Assembly (NCBI RefSeq): GCF_018977255.1 | Contig: NW_024704742.1 | Location: 58,220,001 to 58,284,000, forward strand | DNA from: Callorhinchus milii | Taxonomy: Eukaryota | Direction of reading: 5' to 3' | DNA: 64,000 nt | Shown: positions 49,206-63,911 of the stretch, in pieces | Layout: each line of letters begins with the position of its first letter | Position numbering within the stretch: the stretch's first letter is position 1 | Translations under genes and position numbers: made by a program | The notes under the pieces: model-generated | The model's input: the letters and a program-made list of their open reading frames with translations, nothing else | Databases searched by the model: none | What the model was told of the DNA's origin: nothing

Positions 49206-50179
49206 AAGAATCCTTGCTCCCAGTGACACTTAGTCTACCACTCCAAGCTCTGTCGACGAACAACCTGGCTGGTCTGTCATCAACAATTCCCTGGAGTCCT
49301 GCAGACTTGCCTGGCTCAGGAACTTGACCACAACAGAGGATTGACTCAATTCCCATATTCTGTTGCCAATCTTAGAACTAATTCAACAAAACAACAAAAT
49401 TACATTTGTATAGCGCCTTTTATGTCAGGAGGAATTCAGTCCAAGGAGACTTGACAACTCTCCCCTAAGACGAGGTGGAATTTGGGGATCATAAACCAAT
49501 GTCTTCACGAAGGAAGGGGAGAAAAGCGGCTAAAAAAAGGAACGTTTTGGTTTACTACACGGCACTAAAACTCAGCTGAAATTCACCTGCTGTTTTAGAC
49601 AAACCTATTGCAGCGCTCCAGCAAAAAACCATTACTGTGTATGAATGTTACGAAGTTTGGTAACAGTATTATATTTAAAAAGCTTTTGCACAAATCTGTT
49701 TTATTTTGAGTAAGAGAAAGCTCAGAGAGAAAAGGTCAGCAATCTGCCTCAATTCTGTATTTTATAATAGAATCATTGAATGTTACAGCTCATCAAGTCT
49801 GCACTAATGATTTTCTCCACATGAGTCAACTAATTCCACTACTCGCTCCCCAAACTCTTTAAATTCTTTCTTTTCTTCCTCTTCTATGGAGTGTGCCTGT
49901 TCCCAAAAGACTCAACGCTATGAAATGCTCTCTCTCTCAGTCTCTCATTACTCTATGGACCACTCTCTTCCACCATGTTAGTTAATCTGTTGTCACACAT
50001 TATTTATCAGCTAGGAGGGTGGTTATGGGGAGAAGGAGGGGATGTTGGAGGGGAATACTAATTACATCTCTACTGCACATAATGGCAACCCAAATAATCA
50101 ATTCCATTTAAATAATCGGCACACATCTAGAAACAGTACTAATGCAAGGTATGACTTTTTGTCGTTGACATGGCTGTAC

Positions 50180-50269
50180 CTTTTCAGCTGTGAATGCAAA
50201 AACGTGGTGAGCTGTGTGGCATCTTCAAGCTGCCGTATTAAACCCCTCCTCTTCTCTTGCAACTTCAGT
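50180..50269 (-). CDS. WWC2: WWC2 exon
   Basis: LKLQEKRRGLIRQLEDATQLTTFLHSQLK. Confidence 0.93.
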
Positions 50270-51037
50270 CTGTAAAGAAAACAATTATGACTCAATAAAT
50301 GACATCTGACCACACCGGTCACACACAGAAACTGAATTAAAGGCAAATGCATTCACATCTTGTGTTTGGCAACAAGTTTACTTAACCTGCCGCTTCTTAT
50401 TGAGCTACAAAATTGGTAACTTTACCAACAAGCTGAGAGCAGTCCTACATGTCCAATCTGGGTAAGGATTCTGTGGGCAGAAGGTGATGCAGAACAACAG
50501 GAACACAGATTTAGGGTTGACAGATGCAATTTCAAATATCTTTCTAGTGATACTCATTAATTATCCTCTTTGCCCAGAGGGTAATTAATATTCGGAACAT
50601 GTCGCCAGGAAGGTGGTTGAGGCCAGGACTATTTTAAAACAGTTCAATGTTGTGATAGGAATAATCATTCACCCATAAAATACACACTCATTCCACTTTA
50701 CTGTATTTCCTATGACATGAAGCACTTTGATGTGAAAGGCGCTATATCAAACACAAGGATTATTATCATTATTTATTATTTAACCATGCTTCTAGGATCT
50801 ATGAATATAATTTGAAATTAGTTACTTTTGATCAATACTTACAATTTTTTTAAAAAGTGCACCGATATAGTAATATTTTAAACTAATATTCTTGTTAAGT
50901 TTGCAACAAATGTCATGTTAGCCTTTGGAAATGGAAGCATCTTCCCCCTTCATGAATAGCGTTTGATACAAAAGTACATGATGGCAATATGCTGCTGTGA
51001 ACAGCTGAGGAAATCCAGTGTTAACAGTGTGACAGAC

Positions 51038-51280
51038 CTCTCAGCGAGTGCTTCACTTGGTGTGCTCTGAGTAGAGAGCAGGTCCTCCTCCAGTTGCTTC
51101 CTCTCCACTTCCAGTCGCTCCAGCTCCACCTGTGAGCATTTCCGCAATGTCACGAATTGCAGTTCTTTCAGAAGTTCTTCCTTTTCATTGATCAGCATCA
51201 ACTTATCTCGCTCGACATCCAGAGCCCCAGGCCATGCCTCGGAGTCCAGCTTCGACAATTCGATTTTTATATTCGCTATT
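51038..51280 (-). CDS. WWC2: WWC2 exon (coiled coil)
   Basis: [42 protein letters not shown]. Confidence 0.95.
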
Positions 51281-54200
51281 CTGTAAATCAAAAATTGGTT
51301 TCTTTATTAACAAAAACCTCAGGCTAAGATTTTACAATATGCTGCCCTCTACACGAAAGAAACAAGACAGAAGGTCTTGCCCTTGGTGCCCTGTACACAT
51401 TCAGCAGGTAAAGGAAGCACTGAGAATGTAGCTGAGAAAGAGCGTGTAAGGGAACCAAGAAACAATGTGGTAACAATAACAACAACAACAAACTGCATTT
51501 ACTTAACATCTTTCACGTTGGGAGGACGTTCCAAGACCCTGGACAGTGAAGGGTTTGCACCCAAGCTGGGGGTTGAAGTCAACAGAGGTGGAGGGAAGGG
51601 GGAGGATGGATGTGGTAACATTTGTGGCATTCCTTAAATGTTCCTGAAATCGGCATCGGCATTGATTTGAGAAATTAATTTAAGGTATATATCGTACATT
51701 TTACCTCAAAGATACAACGCCAGGTGAGAAAGACATCAGTAATGGAGAGAAACAACTGGACACATATTAAAAAGACAGCGAGAGAACTCACCTAGAAAAT
51801 TAGAATATCTTTGCTTCAGAATTATCAAATCAAAATGTCAGTAACTAATTGTGACAAATTGAACTGAGAAATACACTGGACCTCCAGGTTGACAATGCAG
51901 TATTGTAATTTTTCTTCTATTTGTACTTGGTCAGGGATCCTGTCGGTGGAGGGAGGGGAGGAGAAGGATAAAGGCGAAGAGAAGAGATTCTACCGAGGAT
52001 AATTTAGCTTCTTCAAACTATCAGATTCAATCAATAACGTCCTAAGAAGACCAGAGAACTGACCCAAAACCCAGCAAGAAGAAGCACACTTCACAGGTAT
52101 CGTTCAGAAATTAAACTGCTTCATGAAATTTAAATGTGTCGTATAGACAGCTATTAACAATTCAAGTGGAACATTACTAGCTACCGCATTTTTACACTGA
52201 TTATTCTCAGGCACGGAATCAGAAAATGGATTCTTTCACAAAGAATACATATTGGTCTTTGACAAAAATATTTCACCAGATCTAATATGCCTAGAAACAC
52301 AAATATCTAATTTCATAATTTGAGAATCTGCCATAAAACAACATCTCAACCTTTTATATTGCACCAAGTGAAATGTTTCCCTTGAAACAATTCCAAGCTG
52401 GTTACACACACATTCACTCAAATCACAAAAACGGATTTACAAACCATGAGAAACAAGACACAAAGATGTAAATCACAGGTCCATGATCTGTTAAATGGAA
52501 TAGCGAAGGGTGGACTCTCTCTTCAGTGAAGCATTCTGTGTTAATAATCCACAAGGAACAACCTCAGAGACTGGTTCAAACTAAGAATAGAACAGCACAG
52601 GGGTGTGCAGAAGAAAGCAGCCCCAGCATTGTAAATGTCAAGGCCAATCAGCAATTCCATGCTAACTAACTAGCCATTTGCACTTGCAAGGTGAATCTGC
52701 ACCAGGAAAACCCAACAGATGCACTGGCATTCAGCTTTAACTGTGTTTGACAATGCTAGTTGTTCTGCCTACGCAAAGGGTTGTAAATGCATTCTCATTA
52801 GGAAGCACGGCAGACTACATGGTCACATTTAGTCTGAAATGCTAACATACTTCAGAATTTAATTTATATTTATATCGCACCCTTAATGTTGAGAGGACGT
52901 CTCAAAGCGCTTGCATAGAATCTGTCGCCTAAATGTGGGTCCTTGGGTCTTATTACAAACTAAAATACAATAATCTGACAGCACGGAATTGTCAAAAGAA
53001 ATCTTCTTTTTAAAGTGTCTGTTTCCCCAAACCTGATTTTCCTACAAATAATAATCTTTATTCAAGAAACAGACTGTTGTCAAAGCCCTGCTCTGCTCGT
53101 TATCTGCTTTGATATTGTAATTTTTCTAGCTGCCATCATGCACATTGAATATAGATGTGATATTTTAGTTTGTTCTCTATCAATTTCTTTGATTTGAAAG
53201 TTAACAGCACAACAGTCTAGTTACCTGACTGTAGAGTTCAGATATAATATTCAGCGAGCTTTCAAATTAACATTGCAGGCGTCTGCTAGAATATTGCAAA
53301 CCTGAAATGGAGCTCTCTTCATTAGCAGGTTCAGATCCTCATCTTCACTTTTAAAGAAATCTGTGCACTCAGATATGATTAAATTACCTAATCCTGCTAA
53401 TTACAATATGCTAAAAATAGGGAAGGTAAAGACAATAGGTTCAGAAGCGAATTTGATAGTTGTTTAGCAAAGAAATCAATTGAAGGAAGAGGTATGGAGT
53501 CGCATAGGATTACAATATTTTTATTTTAGAACTGGCCACATCCGTCCTTCAGATGAGATGTTAAGCCCAGGTCCTGTTCAGGTGGATGTTAAAGATCCTA
53601 TGGCGTTGGAAAAGAGAAGGGAGTTTCTCCCAGTGTTCTGGTCATCAGTTTCCCAGATCAAATTGACACTTGCTTCATGACTGTTTGTCGAAACTGGCTG
53701 CTGCGCTCACCTAACAAAAACTTACAGTAAATTGTGTACTTCGAGACATCGTCTTGTCTTGAGCGGTGCTATATCAAATGCAAGGATTATTATTAGGGAA
53801 CGCCATGTCTTTCCTGGTCCTATGTATTTCTATTCTGCAGTACAGAGCAGAAAGGCTGCTGCAGATGTTCCAGCAGCTTCGAATCACTGTTCCCCAATGG
53901 CTCTAGCTGGGGAGAAGCTGCAGATGCCAGGCGTTCCTCATGTGGCCAATCCGGGGCCAGATTACCCTCCATAAAGTGAGGAGGGACATTGTCACATGTG
54001 TTGCTCAGGGGTGTGTGATCCCCTCTTAGTTAACAATTCAAGCGGCAAAGATCTGGGATCATAAACTTAAAGCTCAGTTTCAAATTGCTACCTCTGCTTC
54101 CACAACATTTCAATAATTTCCTTCAGCAAGTGAACAGGGCATGTGAAAAAATAAATTATAAATATTCCATTTTGTTATTGACCTTGTTACCAAGCAACAG

Positions 54201-55284
54201 AACCCACAGGCATAGGCACGCCGCTGTATGTTCCTTTTATGGAGAGTGTTTATTCAGAAGCAAATCTGGAACAGCATCTCACACCATCAATCATTGCTTT
54301 TAGCTAGTAAGATGCATATAAACATCAATAGACTGCTAAAATGAGTGGAGCTTCTTTCATGAGATTCTGAGTATGCAGAGCTCTTTGAACCAGCATGACA
54401 GATACTTAGATATTGTCTCTGAAGTCCTTCCTCTTTGACTGTGCCTTTGGTCATCCTCCCATCCCCATCCCCCTTGCCCTTTTGATTCCAACCCCCAGCT
54501 CGGGTGCAACCTTGTGACTATCCAGCACTTTGAGATGTCCTCCCGACGTGAAAGGTGCTTAATAAGTGCAATTTGCTGTTGTAGATATTGAGCTTGGAAC
54601 TCAATGGATAACCTAGTGGCAAGCTAGAGATTCTTGGCCAGCATTCACAAGGTCAGTAGAGAGAATGTGTTGTGTGGGGAAGCCTGAAGCACTGAAGAGA
54701 AGAAAGAGTCTTTACAGAAAAATGCAGGATGATAATTTTGCAGCCTTTTTTAGTTCTGGAGTTTTCTTTGGTTTCAATGGACTGAAGCTTGTAAGAGCTA
54801 CAAACTGAAAACATTCTGAGATAATGTGGTCTAACGTGTGCTATTTCTTAATGGGATTTTTTAACAATTACTGCATGAATTTGCCTCAACATATGGGAAC
54901 ACCGTTGTTGACTGAGTTCACCGTCAGTTCCTGAACCCCACCCTTTTATTTCTGCAATGTTGACTCAGATCACTCAACATAGATACGAGTGTCACTATTT
55001 GCAATATGGCCCTTTATTCTTGGGTCTGGTGTTTTAAATCTGCCCTAAATTAGTATAGACATGGGTGGAAGACAGAAACAATCATCCTTATCATCTGAGG
55101 AATGTAGGCTCTCACCTTAATGAGAAAATATGCAAAAAAATGTACAAAAACCTTTGGGAGTGTTTTTGCATTTGACACTAAGTGCACTGAATAATGATGA
55201 TTAATTATCACATTGTCAAGTGTGCTACGCTTGGGGACATATGGAATATCATATGTGTGTTTAATAAAGGAGCTGAAAGATTAC

Positions 55285-55358
55285 CTTCTCTTAGCCTCTT
55301 CATACTGAAGACTCAGTCTGACCTTCTCAGCAAGATTAGCTCGGCTTCTTGAGCTAAA
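55285..55358 (-). CDS. WWC2: WWC2 exon
   Basis: FSSRSRANLAEKVRLSLQYEEAKR. Confidence 0.93.
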
Positions 55359-56385
55359 CTGGAAGAAAAATAAAATAGGTTAAAGAAGACATTCTTAAAA
55401 CTCTTGGGTCGTCTCCTTGTCATTATATTCAGAATAGGCCCCAAACTGCACCAAATGAAGCTTAGCTGCGTTTAAGGGCTCCAAGCTGAAAAGGTTTTCT
55501 GAGATAATGGGTTCTAACTTGCGGCAATTCTTAATGAGATTTCTTAACAATTCCCATTTGAATTTACCTCGACTCATGGGAACCCCATTCCAGAAGTTAA
55601 CTGAAGTGATCGGTTCCTGAAAGCCCCATTTGCATGACTAAGATTCCATGTTAAGGAATCCAAATAAGAAATACTGCAAATTAGACACCGATTTTTCACT
55701 GCAAAAGGCTTTTTAACCCAGCAAGACCATTTTTCTCTTAGAATCTAAGATGGTGCACATTTATGAACATTTATTGGATTCCTTTTAAGAGATGTGGAAA
55801 ACTGGCCTCAAATTGAGGCTACATTTAAGGATTTTGCATAAGTCTGCAACGTCTGATATTTGATCACTTGTCATCGTAGGCTGCCTGAAGGATGAAGGAG
55901 GGCTCAATTCTGCAAGTGTGTTCATATTGTAAAATTATTGTAAGAAAGAACTCGTCATTGCATTACAGTGCAACCCCGTAACAATGTGTTTCTTTATCAA
56001 GGAGGTTGATCTGTGAACCCTATTCACTGTGAATGTGTGCACCCAATTCATTCACTTCTCATTCCCTGGCCCGCTTTTGTGCTAAAATGGCCAAATTCTA
56101 GGTTATTAGGGTGGCGACAAATAAGAAATGACATTGAATGTAATCTTATGACCTGGATGTTGGTTGATAATTTTTCACAGGGAGCGAGTCGATCAGCTGT
56201 GAATGTGGGGAGTGACACCAGCTAACACAACTTGTTATAAACGTAGGTTGGGAATTTAAGGACCCCAAACACTGTTTTATAATGAAGCTCCACTGTAGCC
56301 TTCTTAACCACATCAGCAAGTCTCAAAGTGCTTCACAAGTGATTACTGTCAAGTGTACTGGCTGTTTTCGGTAGGCAAATGGCAA

Positions 56386-56708
56386 GTGGAGTCCTGTAGC
56401 TCAGTGGTTAGAGCACTCGCTTTGCAAGTGAGAGACCTGAGTTCAATTCCAGGCAGAGGGCGAAACCTTGGGCAAGTTTCCTTACTCCACACAGAGCCTA
56501 ATAATAATCCCTCCAAAAAAACAAAACAATAATAAATTGGTCATTTTCAATCCATGACTGTTTGTGGGACATTGCTGTGCGCAATTGGCTGCCGCGTTCG
56601 CCCACAAATATACAGTCAATTCACTTTACAGTGTGTCTGTGAAGCGCTTTGGGACGTCCTCCCGACGTGAAAAGCGCTATATCAAATGCAAGGATTATTA
56701 TTATTATT
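56386..56708 (+). mobile_element. tRNA-Deu SINE, full length, young, nested in an older minus-strand SINE
   Basis: Reverse complement of the copies at 13976, 18039 and 20508. Confidence 0.9.
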
Positions 56709-59111
56709 AAATGCAGCAACCATTTGCGCAAACAAGGTATCCACAAACCTTCAATTTATTGAACGGTCGATTAACCTGAAAGAATGTTGGCCAGGACATT
56801 AGGAGAAACCCCCTTTTTTAAATAGTGTTACGGGATCTTTAATGTCTACCTGAGCAGGTAGACAGGATCTTGTTTTAATGTGTGACCTAAAGGACAACAC
56901 CTCCAAAAATGCAACACACTTCCAATAATGTGCTGGTGTGTCAGCCTAGTTTGTGAGTGCTTTGTGTATCAGGCTTTTTGGGGACTTTACTAATTTTGGA
57001 TTTGTGATTTAAATTTTGTAATCCAATGTTCTGAACTGGCAGTTTGTATAAATGCAACAAATCCAGTTTGTAAATATCATGTTTTAACAATAATAAAATA
57101 ATAACTCTTGCATTTAATATAGCGTCAGTAGGACGTTTCAAAACACTTCACGGGATTTTACTATATAGTGTAGCGACTGTATTTTGCAGACAAATTTTGT
57201 TGGCATCTGAAGTCACTGTGTGTTTACACTGTACTAAACAAATTAGATTAATAATGAAAGCTCTTGGTACACATTCCTGGCATCTCTCCACCTGGGTGAT
57301 TGTCACAAAAGATACATGTGAAAGAAAAATCTTCTTTAGAAAACTGTCACAAAGTGTTCTTATTGTGTGAATAGAGCTTGAGGGTGTTCATCTAGGCATC
57401 ACTGAGGTTTGTAGGGTTGGGAAATCAATTTGACCTTTTAGGCAGTTAGAAGGTTACAAAATGCCACAGTATGATAATAATACTCCCATTCTTGGATGAG
57501 AATTGGATAAAGAATAATATAACAAGGTTCGGTTAAAATGCAAGGAATGGGTATCCAGAGTAGATGGTTCACCTACAAAAGCTCTAAAGCTCTATCTAGT
57601 CCATGCCACCCTCCTGGTCTCTCTTATTCCTGTCTCCAATAGCCCCATCTCCCTGTTCAGGTGGACATTAAACATCCCATAGCACTATTCAAAGGGAGAA
57701 AGGGGTTTCTCCCAGCATCCTGGCCAACAACCCTCCAGATAAAATAGATCATTCACTTCATGGCTGCTTGTGGAATATTGATTGTTGTATGCAAATTGGC
57801 TGCTATATTTTCCTACAAAAACACGTTCACAATTTTTTTTAACAGAAAAACTCTGTGAAGCACTTTGAATCATTATATCAAATGCAAAAATAAAATTATA
57901 AGTTGTACTGGTGGGTTATCACTCTTGGATGCACTCAGAATAACATAGAAGGAAATGATTAAAATGTTCCAGTAAAAAAACAGGCATAAACAACTCAGTA
58001 CCCAGGAAAAAGCCCACACATGACATTGGTGTACACTAATAGGTCCTCAAGGCTGCAAACCTTAACTTGAAAGCAGAACTCTCCAAACTCAATGACACTA
58101 AATAGAGTGATCTGGTTTAATGAATATTCTGTTCTAACATACAAGTTGGTTAATGAAGAATGGATTGACCATTTCAAGTTTTTATTCTTACAGTGTTAAG
58201 AACAGCCCTGCATGCAACAATTATGGCACATTAAAATATATAGCAATTTTAGTGTTAGCAAATGTCAGTGCAAGATTACTAGTACCATCTGAGAACAGAC
58301 TAATACTGCTCAGCTAAATCACTGCAATATAGTGAAATCCTGATAATCTATCCAGTTTATTAAGTGACAACTACTGGAAACTGTAGTGTATAAGTATGCA
58401 CATTTCTGTATGGACATCATGAACGTCTTGTATGTAAAAGGCAACTTGATGTATAAATGAGGGGGAAACGAATAGAGGGCGTACAGAGATGAAGATTAGG
58501 ATGGGTGGAGAATTATAGAATCATAGAATCGCACAGTACAAAAAGCAGCAATTCGGCCCATCAAGTCTGTGTCAGTGAATGTGTCTGTGAATGTATTTTT
58601 GTAGGAAAATATAGCAGCCAATTTTCACACAGCAATCAATATTCCACAAGTAGCCACGAAGAATAAAAACTGTTTCTGAGCTGTATCTATGTAATTGGAC
58701 AAGGTGGAGATTTGACTTGATGAAGTGATCGAGAGGTCAAATAGCCTCCTGATATTTACTCTACAGGTTAAATGGGAAAAATAGGCATTGGACAAGGTAC
58801 CAGAGGGCTGAGTTTGATCATGGATCAATGCTCCAGCATGAGGCATCTCACTCAGGAGAGAGGGAAGAAAATTATAGAGAAAAAAATTACTTCAACCTTG
58901 GACTCAGCCTGTGATTTGAGTTTTCAAATATCTAGAATGTGCTACTATTGGAAATGAATTCAGTCAATGGGAAGCAGTTGGCTATGTAAGGAACAACCTG
59001 TCTACAGGAGTGGTGGCCAACCCAGGTGACGCTGAGCCATCAAGAAGGATCCTCCTGAACATTTGGACTAGTCTGGGTAAGTCTGTATTCAATCGATACT
59101 GTATTTCTAGC

Positions 59112-59319
59112 TTTTTCTTGATTGAATATTTCTTGATTTATGCCATAAATCAAGAAATATTGAATCCATCAACTGTTCTTCATCCATAATACTGTAGGCC
59201 AACAAAATACATTTTCTTGATTGAATATTTCTTGATTTATGGCATAAATCAAAAAATATTCAATCAAGAAAATTTATTTTGTTGGCCGACTGTATTATCG
59301 ATGATGGACAGTTGCATGG
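59112..59319. repeat. AT-rich palindrome (~154 bp, 59166-59319) preceded by a partial copy of its centre
   Basis: Arms pair around 59242-59243 with few mismatches. Confidence 0.85.
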
Positions 59320-60663
59320 TGCTGCAATCCTGCTGATTAACATCACCAAAATATAAGGTTGGGAGATGGCCTGATAGAGGTCCTTAAAATCATGGGGGGG
59401 TTTCGATAGAGTTAATCAGGAGGAATTATTTCTATCAATTGATGATTTAAGATAGTTATCAAGCTGGGAGGTTAGGATAATGTTATGTCATGCAGAATGT
59501 ATAAAAACATCAGCAATAGCACTACACATTTATAGTAGCAAATTAAGGAATAAGATAAAGCATTTTACTGGCCCTGCAGTCAAACATCAGCCTAAAAGAA
59601 CAAGCATCATCTTAATCCTGCTCATTAAAAGTAACCTCCTTTCCCACAGGCTGTGCAGCTCCCCATTTCCAGTTGTTTTGTTTCTTGTATCACATTGTCT
59701 ATTTTGCATTCCATTTCATTTATCAGGAAAGTCCTTTGACAGTTAGTTCTTGTTTCTACCCGAGAAAGGTCACAAAGCAACAATAAGCATTTACATAGCT
59801 TCCTTCTCATGGGGTAGCGTCTCGGAGAAGAAGCTTGACAGAAGTGTACTGTCACTGATGCCATCTCACTCTCTGGTCTCAGTGTACTTAAAGTGTTGAG
59901 ATATTTGAAATTCCTGTGGTTTCAATATTGAGTAGTGGCCAGAATGTTGTTGAATTGCTTTCTCATGTGATTTTTTGATGGACGTTTCTTACTAGCAGAT
60001 ACGTGCAGTGACGGTATGCCTCTACCATTATCATTGCTGCCAGTCTGGTAACTAAGTCAAGTTCAGGAGTTCAGGCAACACGATGCTCCTGCAAAGTCAA
60101 CTTGAGAATTTTTATATAGGCCTATTTGAATGTCCTTCTCTGTTTCAGCTTTTATTGTAAGATTGAGCCCAGTGATTTCTCCATTGCCATTTAACAAGAA
60201 TAAAAACATCTTGGTTTACTTGTGGAATACTGGTTTAAATCATATTGAGTTAGGATACGGCAAAGATCAGACTGATTTAGAATTTGGCTTAAATCAATCT
60301 GAGTTCATCCTTTGGTGAAGTTTGTTAAAGAGAAAATGTCTATAAAATATGATGGAAATGCATATTCAGTTCCAACTCAAGTTCTGTCCTCTTTAGCAGC
60401 TACTTATAAATTCTTTCTCAACCTAAAGGTAAGATTTTTGGATGTTAAGTCTGGAACTTTATCTTTCCCAAAGCCTGAAGCGTTGTGAGGTGGCTCCTCA
60501 AAATACTATCTGAAAAATGACAAGTCTCTGCAGTTTTTTGTAGAGATCAGAACATCTTTTATTGAAGCAGTGGAAATGTAAACATTTTTAATTCCCTTTT
60601 GATTCTGTTTATTTGTTGTATAATAAATATGCTTTTTAAAAATGTCATGCAGAAGCTACTCAC

Positions 60664-60810
60664 TTCGCCTGTGATATCCGTTTGAGAGCCAGCATCCAGA
60701 CACTGCCTGGAGATGGAGAATTGGGAATTGGATGTTTTGGACTGTAACTCTGACTCCAAGGTTCCCACACTTCGACTGGAATGGAATCGATCTTTGAGTT
60801 TGGCCAGGCT
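60664..60810 (-). CDS. WWC2: WWC2 exon
   Basis: SLAKLKDRFH...SRQCLDAGSQTDITGE. Confidence 0.94.
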
Positions 60811-61764
60811 CTGAAAGGAAACAAAACAATATTAAATTAATAAATAATCAAACAAACAAATAAACGAATATTCCCTACAGATCTGTATTGATATAGAGCC
60901 TTATCATGTCTCAAAGTCTCAAAGTTTCTTCAACATGTCTTTGCAGGATTTTAATGCAGTGTAGTGGCTGTATATTTGTAGGCAAACACAGCAGCCAATT
61001 TGCACACCTCACTGTATACTTTCCAGAACACTGTACTGTACAGTCCAGAAGGTTAACCATCCAACAGGATGGAAGGTAGCATTGCGCTAAAGGATATGTA
61101 TGCTGTAATTTGTTTTGGAAATGTATTTTTACTGTAAGTATACAATCTAGCATTCACTCCCTTCTTCCAGCTACTCCCACTTCCTTCCATCCTATTTCTG
61201 GGTACATCTAGTGACAGACACTGTAACCGGTTTATCATCTGTGTCACTGCCACGAGCTGTCTGCAAAACAAGGGCCAAGCTGCAGGTGGGGGGGAATGTG
61301 CAGACTCCACAGTATACTCGAATCCCAAATGGTGGATAATAGGATTCAGAGGCAGGCAGGAGGCCAGATTGTATATGTGCACTGCTGCAGGGAAGAGCAA
61401 GGTGCCATCACTGGAATATCTGTTCCAATTTCATTCATTATTTTGACTGTTTCAAGGTCACAAGCTCATACAGATAAACCGAACTTGGCAAGTCAAACTC
61501 AACCATTTTCAGTCCATGTCATAGACAATTTGAACTGCATTAGTATAGAAAGTTTTATTTCGGGTACATTTAATTGATGTGTTTTGCCAAGTGCAGTTGG
61601 ACTGTGAAAATGAAAGTCAGAGTGAGGCTCTTCTCTTAAAGGCCAGGATCACCGAATCAGGGATTTTTTTTTGAGAATACTATGTTCCCTTAAATTGTGA
61701 GGAATGAATTCTAAAAGAATGCTGAAAGCTAACCAGCAATTTAACAACAGGCTGCTACAAAAAT

Positions 61765-62051
61765 TATAATAATAATATTCCTTGCATTTAATGTAGCGCC
61801 TTATCAAGTCTTCGAGATGTCTCAAAGCGCTTCACAGAACATACTGTAAAGTGAATTGACTGTATATTTTGTGGGCGAAACCCGGCAGCCAATTGTGCAC
61901 AGCAGTGTCCCACAAACAGTCGTGGATTAAGTGACCAATGTTTAAAAGAACATTTTTATAGGGATTATTACCCCCGGAAAAGCGATCCGCCAATCAAACC
62001 CAGTTTCTCGCTTACGAGGTGAGTGCTCTAACCACTGAGCTACTGGATTCC
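61765..62051 (-). mobile_element. tRNA-Deu SINE
   Basis: Tail, Deu core and tRNA-like head. Confidence 0.8.
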
Positions 62052-63911
62052 GGATCTACTCAAATTGGCCATTGTGATATTTACTCTAAGGAGACAGCCT
62101 TTCAATGAATTTTTTCATACTTTAGATTGAATTTTTGTAAACACTAAGAAGCCGTTGAATCAGTAAATGTTGGATGTTATCTAAGAGTTGCCAACACTGT
62201 ATTGTGGAGGCACACAGTACAGAAAGCAGTGGAGGAAGAAACCAGACTAAATCAAATCACATCCACTGTGCCCCTTTGCACACAAGGAGGCCGAATATGC
62301 AGGTGCTGGTTTACATACTGTGTTAACTTTAAATTCACAGATGAATTTCCCTCTTTTAGGGTGGACATTGTAGCAGTACAAACTCTCTCTCACCTGCAAT
62401 CACAGTGCACATAACATAGGGCAAATTTCCATTCTTTATTTATAATGGCCAAGCCCATTGTGTTTTGGGATCAAATAGTTAATTAACACTAGCAAAGAGC
62501 ACATTTTAGATAAATAATGATAATAATAATAATCCTTGCATTTGATATAGGGCTATTCATGTCTTCTAGATCTCATGATGCAATGCCAATTTCAAAAAAC
62601 AGCCACTATTGCCACTAAATGGAAGCACTTTATGACAATAATGACTTAATTCAGCATTTACATTTAAACCGGGAAGATAGAAATTTGAGTTGCCAAAGCA
62701 GCTGTTTTCTTAAACCTCATGGCGAATAATGGACATGTGGGAGTAATTTCCAAGAAATAACCTCATCAAAGGTTTCAGATAACATCATAAAAGGGCATGG
62801 TAAAGCCCAAGCAGTTTATAGCTGCCCTTTGAAACCTGAAATTACTCACAAATAGCTGTTATTTTTTATATAACAGATATCTCCAGATTCCCAAATAGAT
62901 TTTAGAAAAAGGGCAGAAAATATACAAATCGTTGTTAAGATGTGGAATGCCTTGTTGGGTGCGGTGGTCAAAGCAGGATCCATATTAGGTTCCAAGAGAA
63001 AACTAGATAGATAATAATATATAAATAATAATCTTTGCATTTGATATAGCACCTCATTGGTTATCAAGATGTCTCAAAGTGCTTCACAGAATATACTGTA
63101 AAATGGATTAATTGTGTATTTTGTGGATATCTGAAAAGGAATAATTTACACAGATTTGGGGAAAGAGCAGGAATTAGAACTGAATGGATTGCTCTTTCAA
63201 AGAGACAGCACCGAGATGAGCCGAATGTTCTTCTGTGCTATAAATTTTAATGGTTCTATAACAAAGTTTCTTGACAGTTTTGTTCTATTTTCATTCTCAG
63301 AAGATTAGTACAAACCACAAAATTGACTCAAGACCATATTCTCATAGGCAGGGCAATGTGATCAGAGTAGACTTGTCAAATGGCAACTTCTAAATCAGGG
63401 TATATTATATGAATATCAATGCAATGTAATACAAATTGACATTTAAATATCGCACCTTTCATGTTAGGGGGCGCAACCCAAGGCACTTAACAATACTGGT
63501 TATTGTTAAGCGTCTTAGACCCATGTTTAGACCATGCTTTCAGTCACCTTTCTCCTCCCCAACCCCTCAGTTCCCACCCTCAACGGACACCTGAGCTAGG
63601 GTGGCAGAGGGGTTGGGGAGGGGAAAGATTACTGAAAGCACAGTCAAAAGGAAGGTCTTAATCGGACCTTGAATGAGGCAAGGGAGGGAGAGAACTCCAG
63701 GCTAGAGTTCCTGAGAGTGGGAGCAGATAAAATAAAAGCCCAACTGCTAATGATGGGGCAGATAGAGCAAAAGACATGAAGCAGGCACTTGCTAAAGAGC
63801 AATAAATTGAGATGCCATCTGGCGTGGAGGGTGCTATATAAATCCAAGTTGTTGTTGTTATAAGTTTATCCAAAAGAAAAGTGATTGTGAGGAAAGCAAA
63901 CACACAGGTAC

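Noticed and set aside
56386..56462. tRNA-like sequences (also at 1538, 14230, 18290, 20745, 39290)
   Set aside because: They are SINE heads continuing into the Deu core and tail, without a proper acceptor stem or terminator.
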